64,000 nt of DNA from Carcharhinus amblyrhynchos (Eukaryota), in contig OZ336883.1 of NCBI GenBank assembly GCA_965287045.1, positions 40,176,001-40,240,000 on the forward strand, in the 5' to 3' direction. The first letter of the stretch is position 1. Each line of letters starts with the position of its first letter. The position numbers and the translations under genes were made by a program. The notes below the pieces were generated by a model that saw nothing but the letters and a program-made list of their open reading frames with translations, did not search any database and was not told the origin of the DNA. Positions 39,783-51,432 of this stretch are shown here, one piece after another.

Positions 39783-40867
39783 CTACCCAAAAAGATCAAA
39801 GTATGACAATAATACAATTTATTACATTCTATTACGAAATGGAACATAATATTCTATGCTCAATGCAGTTGCTTCAAAACTGTATAAAAATAAAACATTT
39901 AATGTTATTTTAAAATCAGTTTCAAAGTTGGTAAATACTAAGGAACTTTTAACTTGTAATGATTTTCTTTTACTTGCATGATTCAAATCATTAATGAGCC
40001 AAACAGAGCTTTAATTTTGAAACCAAAATTTATGTATATCTATACTGAATTTTTAATAATTCTACCTTCAGGGATAAGCACACCAACACTTGTGTACAAA
40101 ACATTGATCCCAAATTAACAAAGACTCATGGAGCTGTTTTACAATCAGACTCCTGCTGGGATTTATTGCTTGATGTGTTTCTAAAGCAGCTGTTCCTGTG
40201 TAAGCAACAAAATTATTGCAAACCCTGGCAAAACATTGTCACTTCTATCTTGGGATCACTGCATAAAATAGTCTTTGATGTATACGCTATTACTATAGAG
40301 GCTAAAACTACACGTCAATCCATTACCGCCAGCTAGTTGCATCAGACAATAATTTTACTTTTACTTTACATGTAATGTATGTATAATAGGTAATGCATTT
40401 AACTAAGCCAGTATGAAATTGTGCATTTTGAAAATTCCAAATGTCCACAATTTGCAGATGAAAGTTCAGACTGTGAACAAGTAATGACTCAAGATTAAGC
40501 CATTTGCCTTGCCTCTTGGGGAAAAGTGAAGTATTGGCCCCACCAGTTTCAGGGGGGATAACATTTTGTGGCAACATCAAGCAGCTCAAACAAAGCACAT
40601 TAGGGTCTGACAGTCAAAAATCTGGGGTTTCTAGGGATCATCTATCAATATGATACATTCAGGGAAATCCCAACAGGAACTAGTGATATAGAAAATGCAG
40701 CTCTTCCCAACTTTTTACTTAGGAAATATCATGCCATCTAACTAGGTTGCATTCTAATTCCAATTATAGAAATGAAAGCAATGTTGTACTTCACAAGCCA
40801 ACAACAGTTTGCCATACTGAACTTATCCAACCATCCTGTACTACAGTCAGCAGCAGGCTTTTGAAAG

Positions 40868-41178
40868 GACGGCACAGTGGTTAGCACTGTTGCCTCACAG
40901 CACTGAGGACCCTGGTTCTTAGGGTGACTGTCTGTGTGGAGTTTACACAAAATTTCCCAGTGTCCATGTGGGTTTCCTCAGGGTTCCTCCCACAGTACAC
41001 AGATGTGCAGGTTGGGTGGATTGGCCATGCTAAATTGTCCCTTAGTGTCCAAAAGTGTGCAGGTTAGATGGATTAGCCATGATAAATGTGCAGGGTTATA
41101 GTATAGGGCAGAGAGTGGGTCTGGGTAAATGTTCTTTGAGAGTTGGTGCAGACTCCTTCTGAACTGTAAGGATCCTAT
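40868..41178 (+). mobile_element. V-SINE
   Basis: ggcacagtggttagcactgttgcctcacagc head and V-domain. Confidence 0.8.
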
Positions 41179-41697
41179 TTTGTGCTTATACAGAAGAAAA
41201 AAAAGTGAGCTAATTCTACCATGTTCACTGTCCAAGACAGGAGCAGCAGATACTGTGCAAATTATAGGAAAAGTACCACCCCTTCAGTCATCAATAATCT
41301 TTCCAGATATTGTAAGATAATATAACTAATATTGTCTCCTTATTTCCTTAGAGAGACAATATTGATCCAATCTACTGAATGAAGAGTGCTACCAACACAG
41401 CATGACTTGTTTGATCAAACTTTTGCCTTAGTAAGACTATCAGGTTTTCAAGCTCCATTACAGGAATGGAGTCATAATGTAGATGATCAGTTCAATACTA
41501 CTGCAGAATTACATTGATCGAAGTGCCACCTTCTGGATAAGACACTAAAATGAAACATGTTGTCGTAACTAAGATTCTATTGCACCCTTCAATGAGCAGA
41601 TTTTTTTTAAAGAGATGCGGCCAACATTTTATCTCAATCATTAAAAAGCAGTTGATGTTTTGTTCTTTGCAGAACCTTCCTGTGTACAAACTGACTG

Positions 41698-41870
41698 ATG
41701 TGGGTATGCCGGCGTTGGACTGGCGTAAACACAGTAAAAAGTCTGACAACACCAGGTTTCTGGCCAGAACTCTCCATTCACCTGACGAAGAGGCAGTCCC
41801 CTCGAAAGCTTGTGAGTATATTATCAAATAAATAGGTTGGACTAAAACCTGGTGTTGTCAGACTTTTTAC
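41698..41870. mobile_element. Short Penelope-like insertion with an intact minimal hammerhead ribozyme motif, 15-bp TSD
   Basis: TSD tgtacaaactgactg at 41683-41697 and 41871-41885. Inverted repeat cagtaaaaagtctgacaacaccaggttt / aaacctggtgttgtcagactttttactg. Core TCAC-CTGACGA-aGAGG-loop-CCTC-GAAAGCTT-GTGA at 41778-41815. Confidence 0.8.
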
Positions 41871-42243
41871 TGTACAAACTGACTGCCATGCTTTCTTGCA
41901 TAACAGTGATTGTAATTCAAAAAAAAAACAAATTTTAGATGCAAAGTGCTTTGGAACATCTCAAGCATGCAGCAACTATGTAATGCAAATTCTCTCTTTC
42001 TCATTCTCTGTTTCTCATAAAACACAAAGTAAAACAAAAGGAAGGTTAAAAAATGGTAAACAGATTCAAACCGAAAGCAATAACCATGGAAATAACTGAT
42101 TGCAGATCAGTAATTCCACCCTAAGACTGTCAGCACAATCTTTTGACACAGCACAGGAATATATCCCAGAAAAGCATCTCAATTATTGTACATATAAATG
42201 TTACACTTAATTCTCCTGAATTGCTGTGTCAAAAGATTGTTTT

Positions 42244-42325
42244 ATTATGGATGGTTTACAGATACATACATTATGGATGGTTTACAGAAACATACATTAT
42301 GGATGGTTTACGGATACATACATTA
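42244..42325. repeat. Three 26-bp tandem copies spanning an EXOC5 5' splice site
   Basis: attatggatggtttacagatacatac at 42244, 42270 and 42296. Confidence 0.95.
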
Positions 42326-42430
42326 GTATATTGAATTAGTACGTTGTTTTCATCCTCAGGTTTGAAGTCTGTCTTTTTCTGTTCCACACTCAGGATGTGT
42401 TTCATGTGTCCAATCATGCAATTCAATGTC
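42322..42430 (-). CDS. EXOC5: EXOC5 coding exon TLNCMIGHMKHILSVEQKKTDFKPEDENNVLIQYTN
   Basis: Manual translation. Acceptor T9-atgaag, donor AAT|gtatgt. 109 nt. Confidence 0.95.
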
Positions 42431-42904
42431 CTTCATAAAAAAAAAGTAGTTATTTTTAATGAGATACAGCAGTTACTTTATTCAACGCTGGTACATTTAG
42501 GCAATTTTAAAAAATGCGAACAAATAATATATTTACTGAAGTAGTGTAAATTGCAACATAAATTGTGTAAAAAGGGTTAACTTTTGAAATATTTATATCA
42601 ATAATATAATAAAGTTCAAAATATTTACTTTTGACTTCCACAATAACAAAATATACAATCTTCCCAGAATTGTTCCAGAGATGAGATAGATTCTGTGCTG
42701 GCACGGGTTGATCTTGACTATTTTTATTAGTGATCTAGATGATATATTTATGTGTCTACAGGTTTGCAAATGAACAATGAAAGATTATGAATATTGGACT
42801 ATACATGATATCCAAGGTAGATATGGGGGGATTCAGACAGGCAAATGATGTTTAAGCTGGTAAAGTGCTGTGTTATATATGTAGACTGGGTAAATAAAAT
42901 AAAG

Positions 42905-43162
42905 TTCACAAGAAGGCTGACTACATACTGCAATGAAGTTACTGCAAAAATCTCCTAGTTGCCATACTCCGATGCCTGTTTGGGTACACTGAGGGAGGAT
43001 TTAGCATGGTCATTGTACCTAACCAGCACGTCTATCAGACTGTGGGAGGAAACCAGAGCACCCAGAAGAAACCCACACAGACACAGGGAGAACGTACAGA
43101 CTCCACACAGGCAGTGACCCATGCCACTTCAAAGCCAGGTCCCTGGCACTGTGAGGCGGCAG
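42905..43162 (-). mobile_element. V-SINE, alternative-tail type
   Basis: caatgaagttactgc...aaacccacacagacacagggagaa. Confidence 0.8.
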
Positions 43163-44520
43163 TACATCCCTCAAGTAAAAAACACTCATACTGATAGATG
43201 CTGATTTGCTAAAATCCTATAATCAAAAGCGGATTTATGTTCTCAGTGGGGTACTATAATACTTTGTATAATACTGGATAGAATTAACAGGGCCAGAGTG
43301 ATCTCCCGGGCTGGTTCTGACTGCCCAAGTTTCCCAGGATTGCTTCCCACAAACACCTGGATTTTTCAAATCTAGTTTCTTGCCTCTTCCAAATCTAATG
43401 GCTTTAGGTGAGGCAGCAGTGCACATACTGTGTTTTAAGTTGTGAATTAATTAAGTGGAAATTGGTTGGATGGGCTGGAGATTTTTTTCCTGTCCATCAC
43501 GTAAGACTTCAGTTGTGTGGAACGACAGAAAAACTAGGATTGTTCTTGATGCAAGGAAAGTAAAATTGAACATTCCTGTTAAATCTTAAATTATGGGTTT
43601 TGATAAAGTAAATGAGGAGAGGTTGTTTATACTGGTAGGTGGATTGGCAAATAGAGAACACAGATTTAAAACAACTGGAAAAGACCCAGTGGGAAAATAA
43701 GTTTTTTTTTAAAAACCTCAGTTATAATCTGGAATGTACTGCCTGGTAAAGTAACAAAAGCAGACACAATATTAATCTTAAAAAATAAATTGGATATATG
43801 GTCAACAGGAGAAGGCTAGGATAGACAGCATGGGAATGCAACTAATTGGATAGCTGCTTCCAGCAAACACACCTGGCTGAATGTCAAATTTTATGATTCT
43901 GGAACCCTAAATTTACAAAATAGACCAATGCACCTGCATCCAATTTAGGTATTGCCAAGGATTCAAAAGTCCAACCAACTGGAAAAAATGTTGCTCATTA
44001 AAAAAGGACATTTCAAAAAAACCAGCAAGGATCTGGAGGAAGTAAAAGAAATGCTAAAAATATTCACTTCACAGCACATGGTCCTTTAATAGAATCTGAA
44101 ATCATTAGAACACATTTACCATTGTGCTTCCAAATATAAATGCAAAATGCACTGTAATCAAATTATACCAAAGATTTTTCAGATAGTTAGCTACTGTAGA
44201 GCCTTCAAAATCTTAATTTGAAACTAATTTCATTCTAAACGAAAACGCACTGAGAATTTTCAATTACCCAAACTTTAGAATCTCCCATTTGGATAAAAGG
44301 CTTTCTATGGTACAAAAAGTAATTTTTATGGGGAGAAAAATGTTTATTTTGTTTATGGATTAAGCAGCTTAATAATGACACTATTTAGTGAAAGGCTCTA
44401 TCCAACAGATGTCTGATGGATGATTAACCAAACGATAATGAGATGCTGTATAGACAGATGAAAAACTGTGGGGTTTAATGACATCCCTGATACAGCATGT
44501 TGCAATGAATTTATATTTAC

Positions 44521-44607
44521 CTGTCAATCCCTGTATCCAGTTTAACTTCCATCTGTTCAATCACTTCCTTCTTCTTCTGCAGGCACTCAGTGAGTTTAGG
44601 AGAAGAG
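44521..44607 (-). CDS. EXOC5: EXOC5 coding exon SSPKLTECLQKKKEVIEQMEVKLDTGID(R)
   Basis: Manual translation. Acceptor cctgcag, donor AG|gtaaat. 87 nt. Confidence 0.95.
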
Positions 44608-45121
44608 CTGCAGGTAAAGCAAACATTAACTTATCTTACTGCCCAGATTTTGAACTGGCGTAACTCCTCAAACGGAGGGGACACTGAGGAAAGCCCTTCG
44701 TTTTTGCAATTCTTATGATAAAAGATCTTTGTCAGGTTTTTGAAACCAACCAAAATCCATCACTTTCACAATGGAGATTTGGACCATTTACTCCAAAAAA
44801 AATTAGATTCCACCATTTGACCCCCAGACTCAGTTATTGGTTTACAAATAATTAACACTGTAAATGGAATTTGAAATAAGTTCCTGTTTCCAACTGAGGT
44901 GCAGAACAGAACTTGCTGGAAGATATGCGCTGCAAAATTCTTAATAGTCCTAATACATTTGGCTTTCAAATTACATGTTCCAAATTGCTGTTGAAGTGAT
45001 CTCCACAAAATGTTGTTCATCATTCCCAGAAATTTGTTATGAGCCTTGAGGGTGCAACATATTCACGAGTATGTACACACTTCATATGGGGAAGGTACCC
45101 AGGGAAGATGTGTTATATTTT

Positions 45122-45786
45122 GTGCAGCAGGTGGTCAGGAAGGCGAATGGGATGCTGGCCTTCATAGCAAGGGGGATTGAATATAAAAGTAGGGAGGTCT
45201 TGCTGCAGCTGTATAGGGCATTGGTGAGGCCGCAGCTGGAGTACTGTGTGCAGTCTTGGGCGCCGCACCTGCGCAAAGATATTTTGGCCTTGGAGGGAGT
45301 GGAGAGGAGGTTTACTAGGCTGATACCGGAGTTGAGCTATGAGGAGAGGCTGAATAAACTAGGCTTGTACTCATTAGAGTTTAGAAGAATGAGGGGAGAT
45401 CTCATTGAGATGTATAAGATGATGAATGGGATGGATAGGATAGAGGTGGAGAGACTCTTCCCGCTCAAAAAAGACAGTAGGACTAGGGGGCACAGCCTCA
45501 AGATAAAAGGGGGGCGGTTTAGAACAGAGTTGAGGAGGAACTTCTTCACTCAAAGGGTGGTGAATCTCTGGAATTCTCTGCCTGTTGAAGTGGTGGAGGC
45601 TGCCTCGCTAAATACTTTTAAGACGCGGGTTGATGGGTTTTTGATAAGAGAGGGGATTAAGGGTTATGGGGAGAGGGCGGGAAAGTGGAACTGAGCCGCG
45701 ACAGATCAGCCATGATCTTATTGAATGGTGGGGCAGGCTCGAAGGGCTAGATGGCCTACTCCTGCTCCTATTTCTTATGTTCTTAT
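45122..45786 (+). mobile_element. Young 5'-truncated CR1, near-identical to 27508-28454
   Basis: ORF 45071..45694 from VQQVVRKANGML onward; small in-frame deletion (ELSYEE); ttcttatg tail. Confidence 0.95.
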
Positions 45787-45857
45787 TGCGTGAGTTCCAT
45801 ATGATTATTGGCAAAATTCAGTGAAAGTGTTCTAGCCAATCAACAAAATTCTCTCAC

Positions 45858-45978
45858 CTTATCAGTGGCATGAGGTGGTCATTAAACTGTTTGTCAAATA
45901 AATGAAAAATAGTATTTGCTTGTTGTACAACATCTAAAAAGTAAAGAGGTGCAGTCTTGGAATCTGTAGACGGGATTG
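45858..45978 (-). CDS. EXOC5: EXOC5 coding exon (A)IPSTDSKTAPLYFLDVVQQANTIFHLFDKQFNDHLMPLI(S)
   Basis: Manual translation. Acceptor ttccctcag, donor AG|gtgaga. 121 nt. Confidence 0.95.
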
Positions 45979-47864
45979 CTGAGGGAAATAAAAGACAACA
46001 TGCTCTCAGCTTTCAATCATGTATAAAGAACCAATTATCAGAACACTAATTAAATATTATCTGTTTTATTAATTGCCTAGTTCATAGAAGCAGGCCAACT
46101 TAACCAAATTCATTAAGGAGATAGACAACTATAGACTCAGCCTAATTTCAAATCACTACAAAATGATGAAAAACAATTTACAGATGACAACAAGGTTTCA
46201 AAAACAGACCTTCCTATTTCATGCATCTTGATTTCTCAGAGGAAGAGATAACTCGAATAGAATGGGAAATCACTACATAACATAGTTCATCACAACTTCC
46301 AAAAGGTTTTGGATAGTTCCAACCATAAGGTATTAGTTACACTCAAAGCTGTGGAAATTCAAGGCAAATCTTGGGAACAGCCATTAGCTGAAGGGTAGAA
46401 AATTGTGTAAAATGAGAGTTATGTTGAATGATTAAGAGAATGAAGAGGGTCCCAAAATAGCATTTTGGTGGTTAAAAGTAGAGGTTAGATGATTGTATAA
46501 AAAAGTAGTGATGGACACGTGGGCAGAAGAGACCCCCAGTTTTCATCTTGGAAAGGATGTATTCGAGGTGTGATTTTACTGAGTATTCAAAATCATCAAG
46601 GAATGTGAGGAAATAAATCCAGAACAGTACCTTTTGGTTGAGAGTCCTAAGTTCCAATCAGTAAGAAGAAAACTTTGGCTTATTGGGAAGTTCTTACAGA
46701 TAGAATTTGAAGCACAAATCTGGAAATCATTTTAGAAATTGCACCGCACTGGGTGGCTCGTAGGAGCTTTCTAGATGAATGATCTTGCTGATCCATAACT
46801 AACAATTGATCTTGCAAATACAGATTAAAACTCTATTAAAATTAGATTCAAAACTTACAGAAGTCAAAAATTATACAATCACTTGCAATTTATAGCACTT
46901 TCAACGTGGAAAAATGCACTAAGCAACTAAGAAAAACAGCGAAACAAAGAGGAGATTAGGAAGGAAATCTCAAATGCCTGCTCAAAGAGATTAATTTTAA
47001 AATGAAAATACCTTAAAAAGGAGAGTAAAACAAGCTTATGGAGGAGGGACATTTCAGAGTGGAACCTAGGAAACTGAAAGCACCCAGAAGTTCACAAGAG
47101 ACAAAAGTTGGCGAAACAGATAGTAGGAACGGACATGGAGTATACATGACAGCCTATACAACTATGAGAGTCATCTCAACCAGTTTGAGCCTCTGACAGG
47201 GTCCATCACATCATTCACACACAGATGGATAGGACTGCACTCCTGTTTATTCTTAACTGTCCAGGCATCAACAGAGGTCACCTGCAATGGCTTTTCTTCC
47301 TGCTCTGGTAAGGTTGACTTTGCAGTCTCCTATTTCCCATCAACATGCTATCCCTCAACATCATCATTTGGAAGTGTCCACATGTATACGGAATCTACCT
47401 CATTAATGTCTCGTTCCCCATCTCCGCTCATTAAAAAGTATCACACTGTTCAAACATCCAGTACTTGACGAATAGAAATTTCAAGCAGATATTGGCAAGA
47501 CCCAGGTCATTGTCTTCAGGCCCAACTCAAGCTGCTTCCTTGCCACTTGTTCCTACTCTCGCCCAAGCATCTGTCTGAACTTGAGCCTTGGGTGTCACAT
47601 TTGACTTGAGATGCATTTCTGACCATATATCTGCATCAAGTCACCAACCTATGCTTCTGTATCATCCAACTCCACGCCAAGTTGTAAAAGGATATGGTAT
47701 GATAGTAATGTTTTTCTCTTTTAATTCACAGGTTTTAAGTCGGTCCGCCTTGTTCTCCAACGAGGGGCATACGCACGATGGGTCGTACTTGGGCTGCTCT
47801 TGAATGTTCGAGATTGGCCTAGTGCTTCATGTCGTTAGTGTGTGCTTAAACTGGGACCAGATGC

Positions 47865-48180
47865 TGGGCAACACGACAGCTCAGTGACTATCACTGTTTG
47901 CTGTGCAGACACATGGATTTGGGCCAGTGTCTGTGGGAGTTTGCGCATTCTCCCTGTGCTTGCGTGGGTTTTCTCCGGGTGCTCCGGATTCCTCCCACAC
48001 CCCAAAGATGTGCTATTAGGCTGATTGGAAGTAATAAATTGTCCCTAAATCAGTTCCCCTCAATGTAGATTGCCATAAAAACAATAGATAAGGGTCATGG
48101 GCGGGGGAGGAGACTGGTAATATTAAAATGGTGGCGTGGGCTCGTTGGGCTGAAGGGCCTGTTTCCCGGGCTGTTTTTGT
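47865..48180 (+). mobile_element. Diverged V-SINE
   Basis: gcgtgggttttctccgggtgctccggattcctcccacac V-domain. Confidence 0.7.
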
Positions 48181-49887
48181 TCTTTGCCATCTCAGTTCAT
48201 CTGTTGCTGAAACTCCCATCCATACCTATAGGCTTGGTTATTCCAATGATGTTGCTGAGGGGTTTGATAGAGATGAGAAACAGGAGAGTTGTAAGAAATG
48301 TCCTTGGGGAACATTTTCCATAAATTTGAGGTCATCCAAAAACTTTACTGTTCATATCCTAACACTCCAACTCCTATTCATTCTGGTATTCATTGACCTA
48401 CATTGGCTCCCAATAAAACAACACTTCCAGTTTAAAATTCTCATCTTCCTTTTTATGTTCTGTCATGGCCTCTCCCGTCCTTTTTTCTGTAAGCTCTTAC
48501 TGATCTCTTGTATATCTTCAGTTTTCATCATTCCATTATTGTCGTCTATGCATTCAGTCAGTAAAGCCCTAAACTTTGGAATTCCTTCCTTCATGATACT
48601 CCTTAAAACCTACCTCATTGACCAAGTTTTTGATTAATATCTCTATGTAATTTGGTATCTAATTTTATTTGTTAAAACTCCTATGGGATGTTTTACTTTG
48701 AGAAATTTAATGTTTAGATGAAAGCTGTTGTGGTTGGTTTTGGTTATAGGTTACAAAGATGCGACCTTCAGAAGGATTTAAACCAAGGATGAGAATTTTT
48801 AAATTTAAAATTGACTTGGAATTTGTATTAATCAGTGAGGTTAGATGTAATGGCAAATGTAACTCAGTACAAGACTACAGAATTTTGGAAGTGTCAATAT
48901 TTAAAGTATATGGAAGGTGGGATATTGGCCAATAGAACACTGGAGGTTTTGAGTCTGATATGAATGAGGGTTTTAGTCTGAGATTAGCTGAAGAAGGCAG
49001 GAGGCAGCTGATGGCTTGGAGAAGCAATCAGGCAATCCTTGTGAGAGATTAGATATAGGTTCAAATAGAATGCAGAATTGAGAATGGCCCAGTTAAGCCT
49101 GAGCATGCCCTGGGAAGTGGATTGAGTCAATGGTAACAGTGCACAGAAACTAAAGTCAATGGCTTTGTTCTACTGAGTGTTTATACGAGACAGCATGTCA
49201 GGCAAGCTGTTTGACCACACAGGTTAATTCAGGAGTTTGAGAGAGAATGAACACGTTAAATAGGGTATTATTAGTGTAGATGTGGACGTTGATTTCCATG
49301 GCTTCAGACAGTATCATTAAGAGAAAACGGAGTTGAGCAAAAAAGAACCATGGATAGTCCCCAGTGGAAATAGAGGGGAGGCAGATAGGCCATTTTTAAA
49401 GAAGCTGCAAAAAGATACACAAGGCCAAGCTAAGAACCATCTCACTAAGCTTCAAATTCAAGAAAGGGCTTTAGAGAAAGATCACATGATCAGCAGTGCA
49501 AAAAGGCTGCAGCGAGGTCAAGGGGGAATGAGGAAGGTTCATCACAGAATGCCATTTATCACTGTTTAGGATCATTTGGGTCTTAAGGATGGAAATCTGA
49601 TTGGAGTGATTCAAACATGGAGACAGAATAGCAACATGTTCAAGGATTTTAGAGAAGAAAGGGTAGTTAGAGATGTTCTAGTAGTTAGTGTCTGCAGAGA
49701 GATCAAGGCTGTTTTTTGGTGAGGTAGCAGTGACAATAAATTTGAAAGGAAGACAGGAATGGTATACATGATGATCGAATCACTTAGAACATCAGCTAAA
49801 GTGGGGGCCAAGAACAGAAATTGGGTGATTAAATTTAATGTCAATAAAAAAATTTAACTAATCCATAGAGAAACTTCCATTAATTAC

Positions 49888-49996
49888 CTGCAAGTCCAAT
49901 TTCTAGAGCATAGTCAATATGCTCAACACACAAATACTCCACAAGAATAGTAAATATTCGAAAAGCATTCTTTGGTAAATCAGAAGAGTCAGACAG
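49888..49996 (-). CDS. EXOC5: EXOC5 coding exon LSDSSDLPKNAFRIFTILVEYLCVEHIDYALEIGLA
   Basis: Manual translation. Acceptor T-tract+aatag, donor G|gtaatt. 109 nt. Confidence 0.95.
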
Positions 49997-50228
49997 CTAT
50001 TAAAAAAAAAGATAAGAATTAGTAAAAGGAGACATTGTTTGATATAATAGTTATATTGAGCTGCCACAAAGAAACGCTTCTCAGGATAACCTCTCGTAAG
50101 TGAGTTCAAAATGGAAGACTGGAAGCCAACAATGATACCTACTATTTGTGACCCACTCAAAGAACATGGCAAAGTTCCAATCTCAAAACTGCAGAACAAT
50201 ATAGTGATGTTTTAAATAACATTCTTAC

Positions 50229-50376
50229 CCTATGACACCTCTCAAAGGCCTGTCTGGTCTCCTGCAAAAGATTGACAACCACCTCCTGTGACAGGAAAGT
50301 CTCACCATGTGTGTCAATACTTGGCCCCAATGGTAAGTTGGTACGTTGGCGAATTCGCTCTTTTAGATCCTGAATC
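50229..50376 (-). CDS. EXOC5: EXOC5 coding exon IQDLKERIRQRTNLPLGPSIDTHGETFLSQEVVVNLLQETRQAFERCHR
   Basis: Near-identical to recalled human EXOC5. Acceptor ttgtag, donor AGG|gtaaga. 148 nt. Confidence 0.97.
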
Positions 50377-50569
50377 CTACAAAATATACATCCATTGTTC
50401 AACAAGATCATCCTCAATTCAGGTGTACAAAGATTTACAACTGTACTAATTCATAGCAGAGAAGTGTTTCTAAAAGTATACAGTTAGCAAAAAAAAGGTG
50501 CGACTGTACAAAGTCGTCATTTATCATAATGCTGATGCCAGACATACCTATGAGTGACATTTTGTAATC

Positions 50570-51170
50570 ATAAGACTAAGACATAGGAGCAGAATTAGGC
50601 CATTTGACCCACTGAGTCTGCTCAGCTATTCAATCTTGGCTGGTAAGTTTCTTGACCCCATTCTCCCGCCTTTTCCCCCATAACCTTTGATCTCTTTACC
50701 AATCAAGAACTCATCTATCTTTGTTTTAAATACATTCAATAGCCTGGTCTCCAAAGCCTTTCTTCTGTGGCAATGTATTCTATAGATTCACCACCCTCTG
50801 GCTAAAGAAATTCCTCTTCATCTCGGTTCTAAAGGGTTGTCTCTTTATTTTGAGGCTGTGCCCATGGCTCTTGATATCTAATGGAAACATCTTCCCCATG
50901 TCCACTTTATCCAGGCCTTTCACTACTCTAAGTTTCAATGAAATTTCCCCCTCTCATCCTTCTAAATTCCACTGAGTACAGACCCAGAGTCTTTAAGTTC
51001 TCCTCATGCTTCAAGCTTTTCATTCCCAGGATCACTCTTGTGAACCTCCTCTGGACCCTCTTCAAGGCCAACATATCCTTTCTTAGATATTTGTTCCAAA
51101 ATTGCTCACAATATTCCAAATGTGGTATTGCCAGAGCCTTTTAAAGTCTCAGCAGTATATCCTTGCTTTT
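50570..51170 (-). mobile_element. 5'-truncated CR1
   Basis: EYCEQFW..LRKDMLALKRVQRRFTR; CR1 3'UTR tail. Confidence 0.9.
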
Positions 51171-51432
51171 GAATCTGTGTAATACTATAGCCGTAACAAA
51201 AGCTATCTTCTTAAAAAGTGAGTTAAGTGTGCAGAATTACCCATTTTGTGCAGGTTGTTTAACACTGTAACTCATGCTCTCTCTGTCAGGGTGAGGTTCT
51301 CATGCTCTGTGTCAGCATGTAGGGCTCCAAAGCTTTTATCATGTGTATAAATTTTCATGACCACAAAATTACTTTCTGAATTAGTTAGCTCATAATAACT
51401 CCATTGTACAAGTGGAGCTTCCTATCAGTTTG

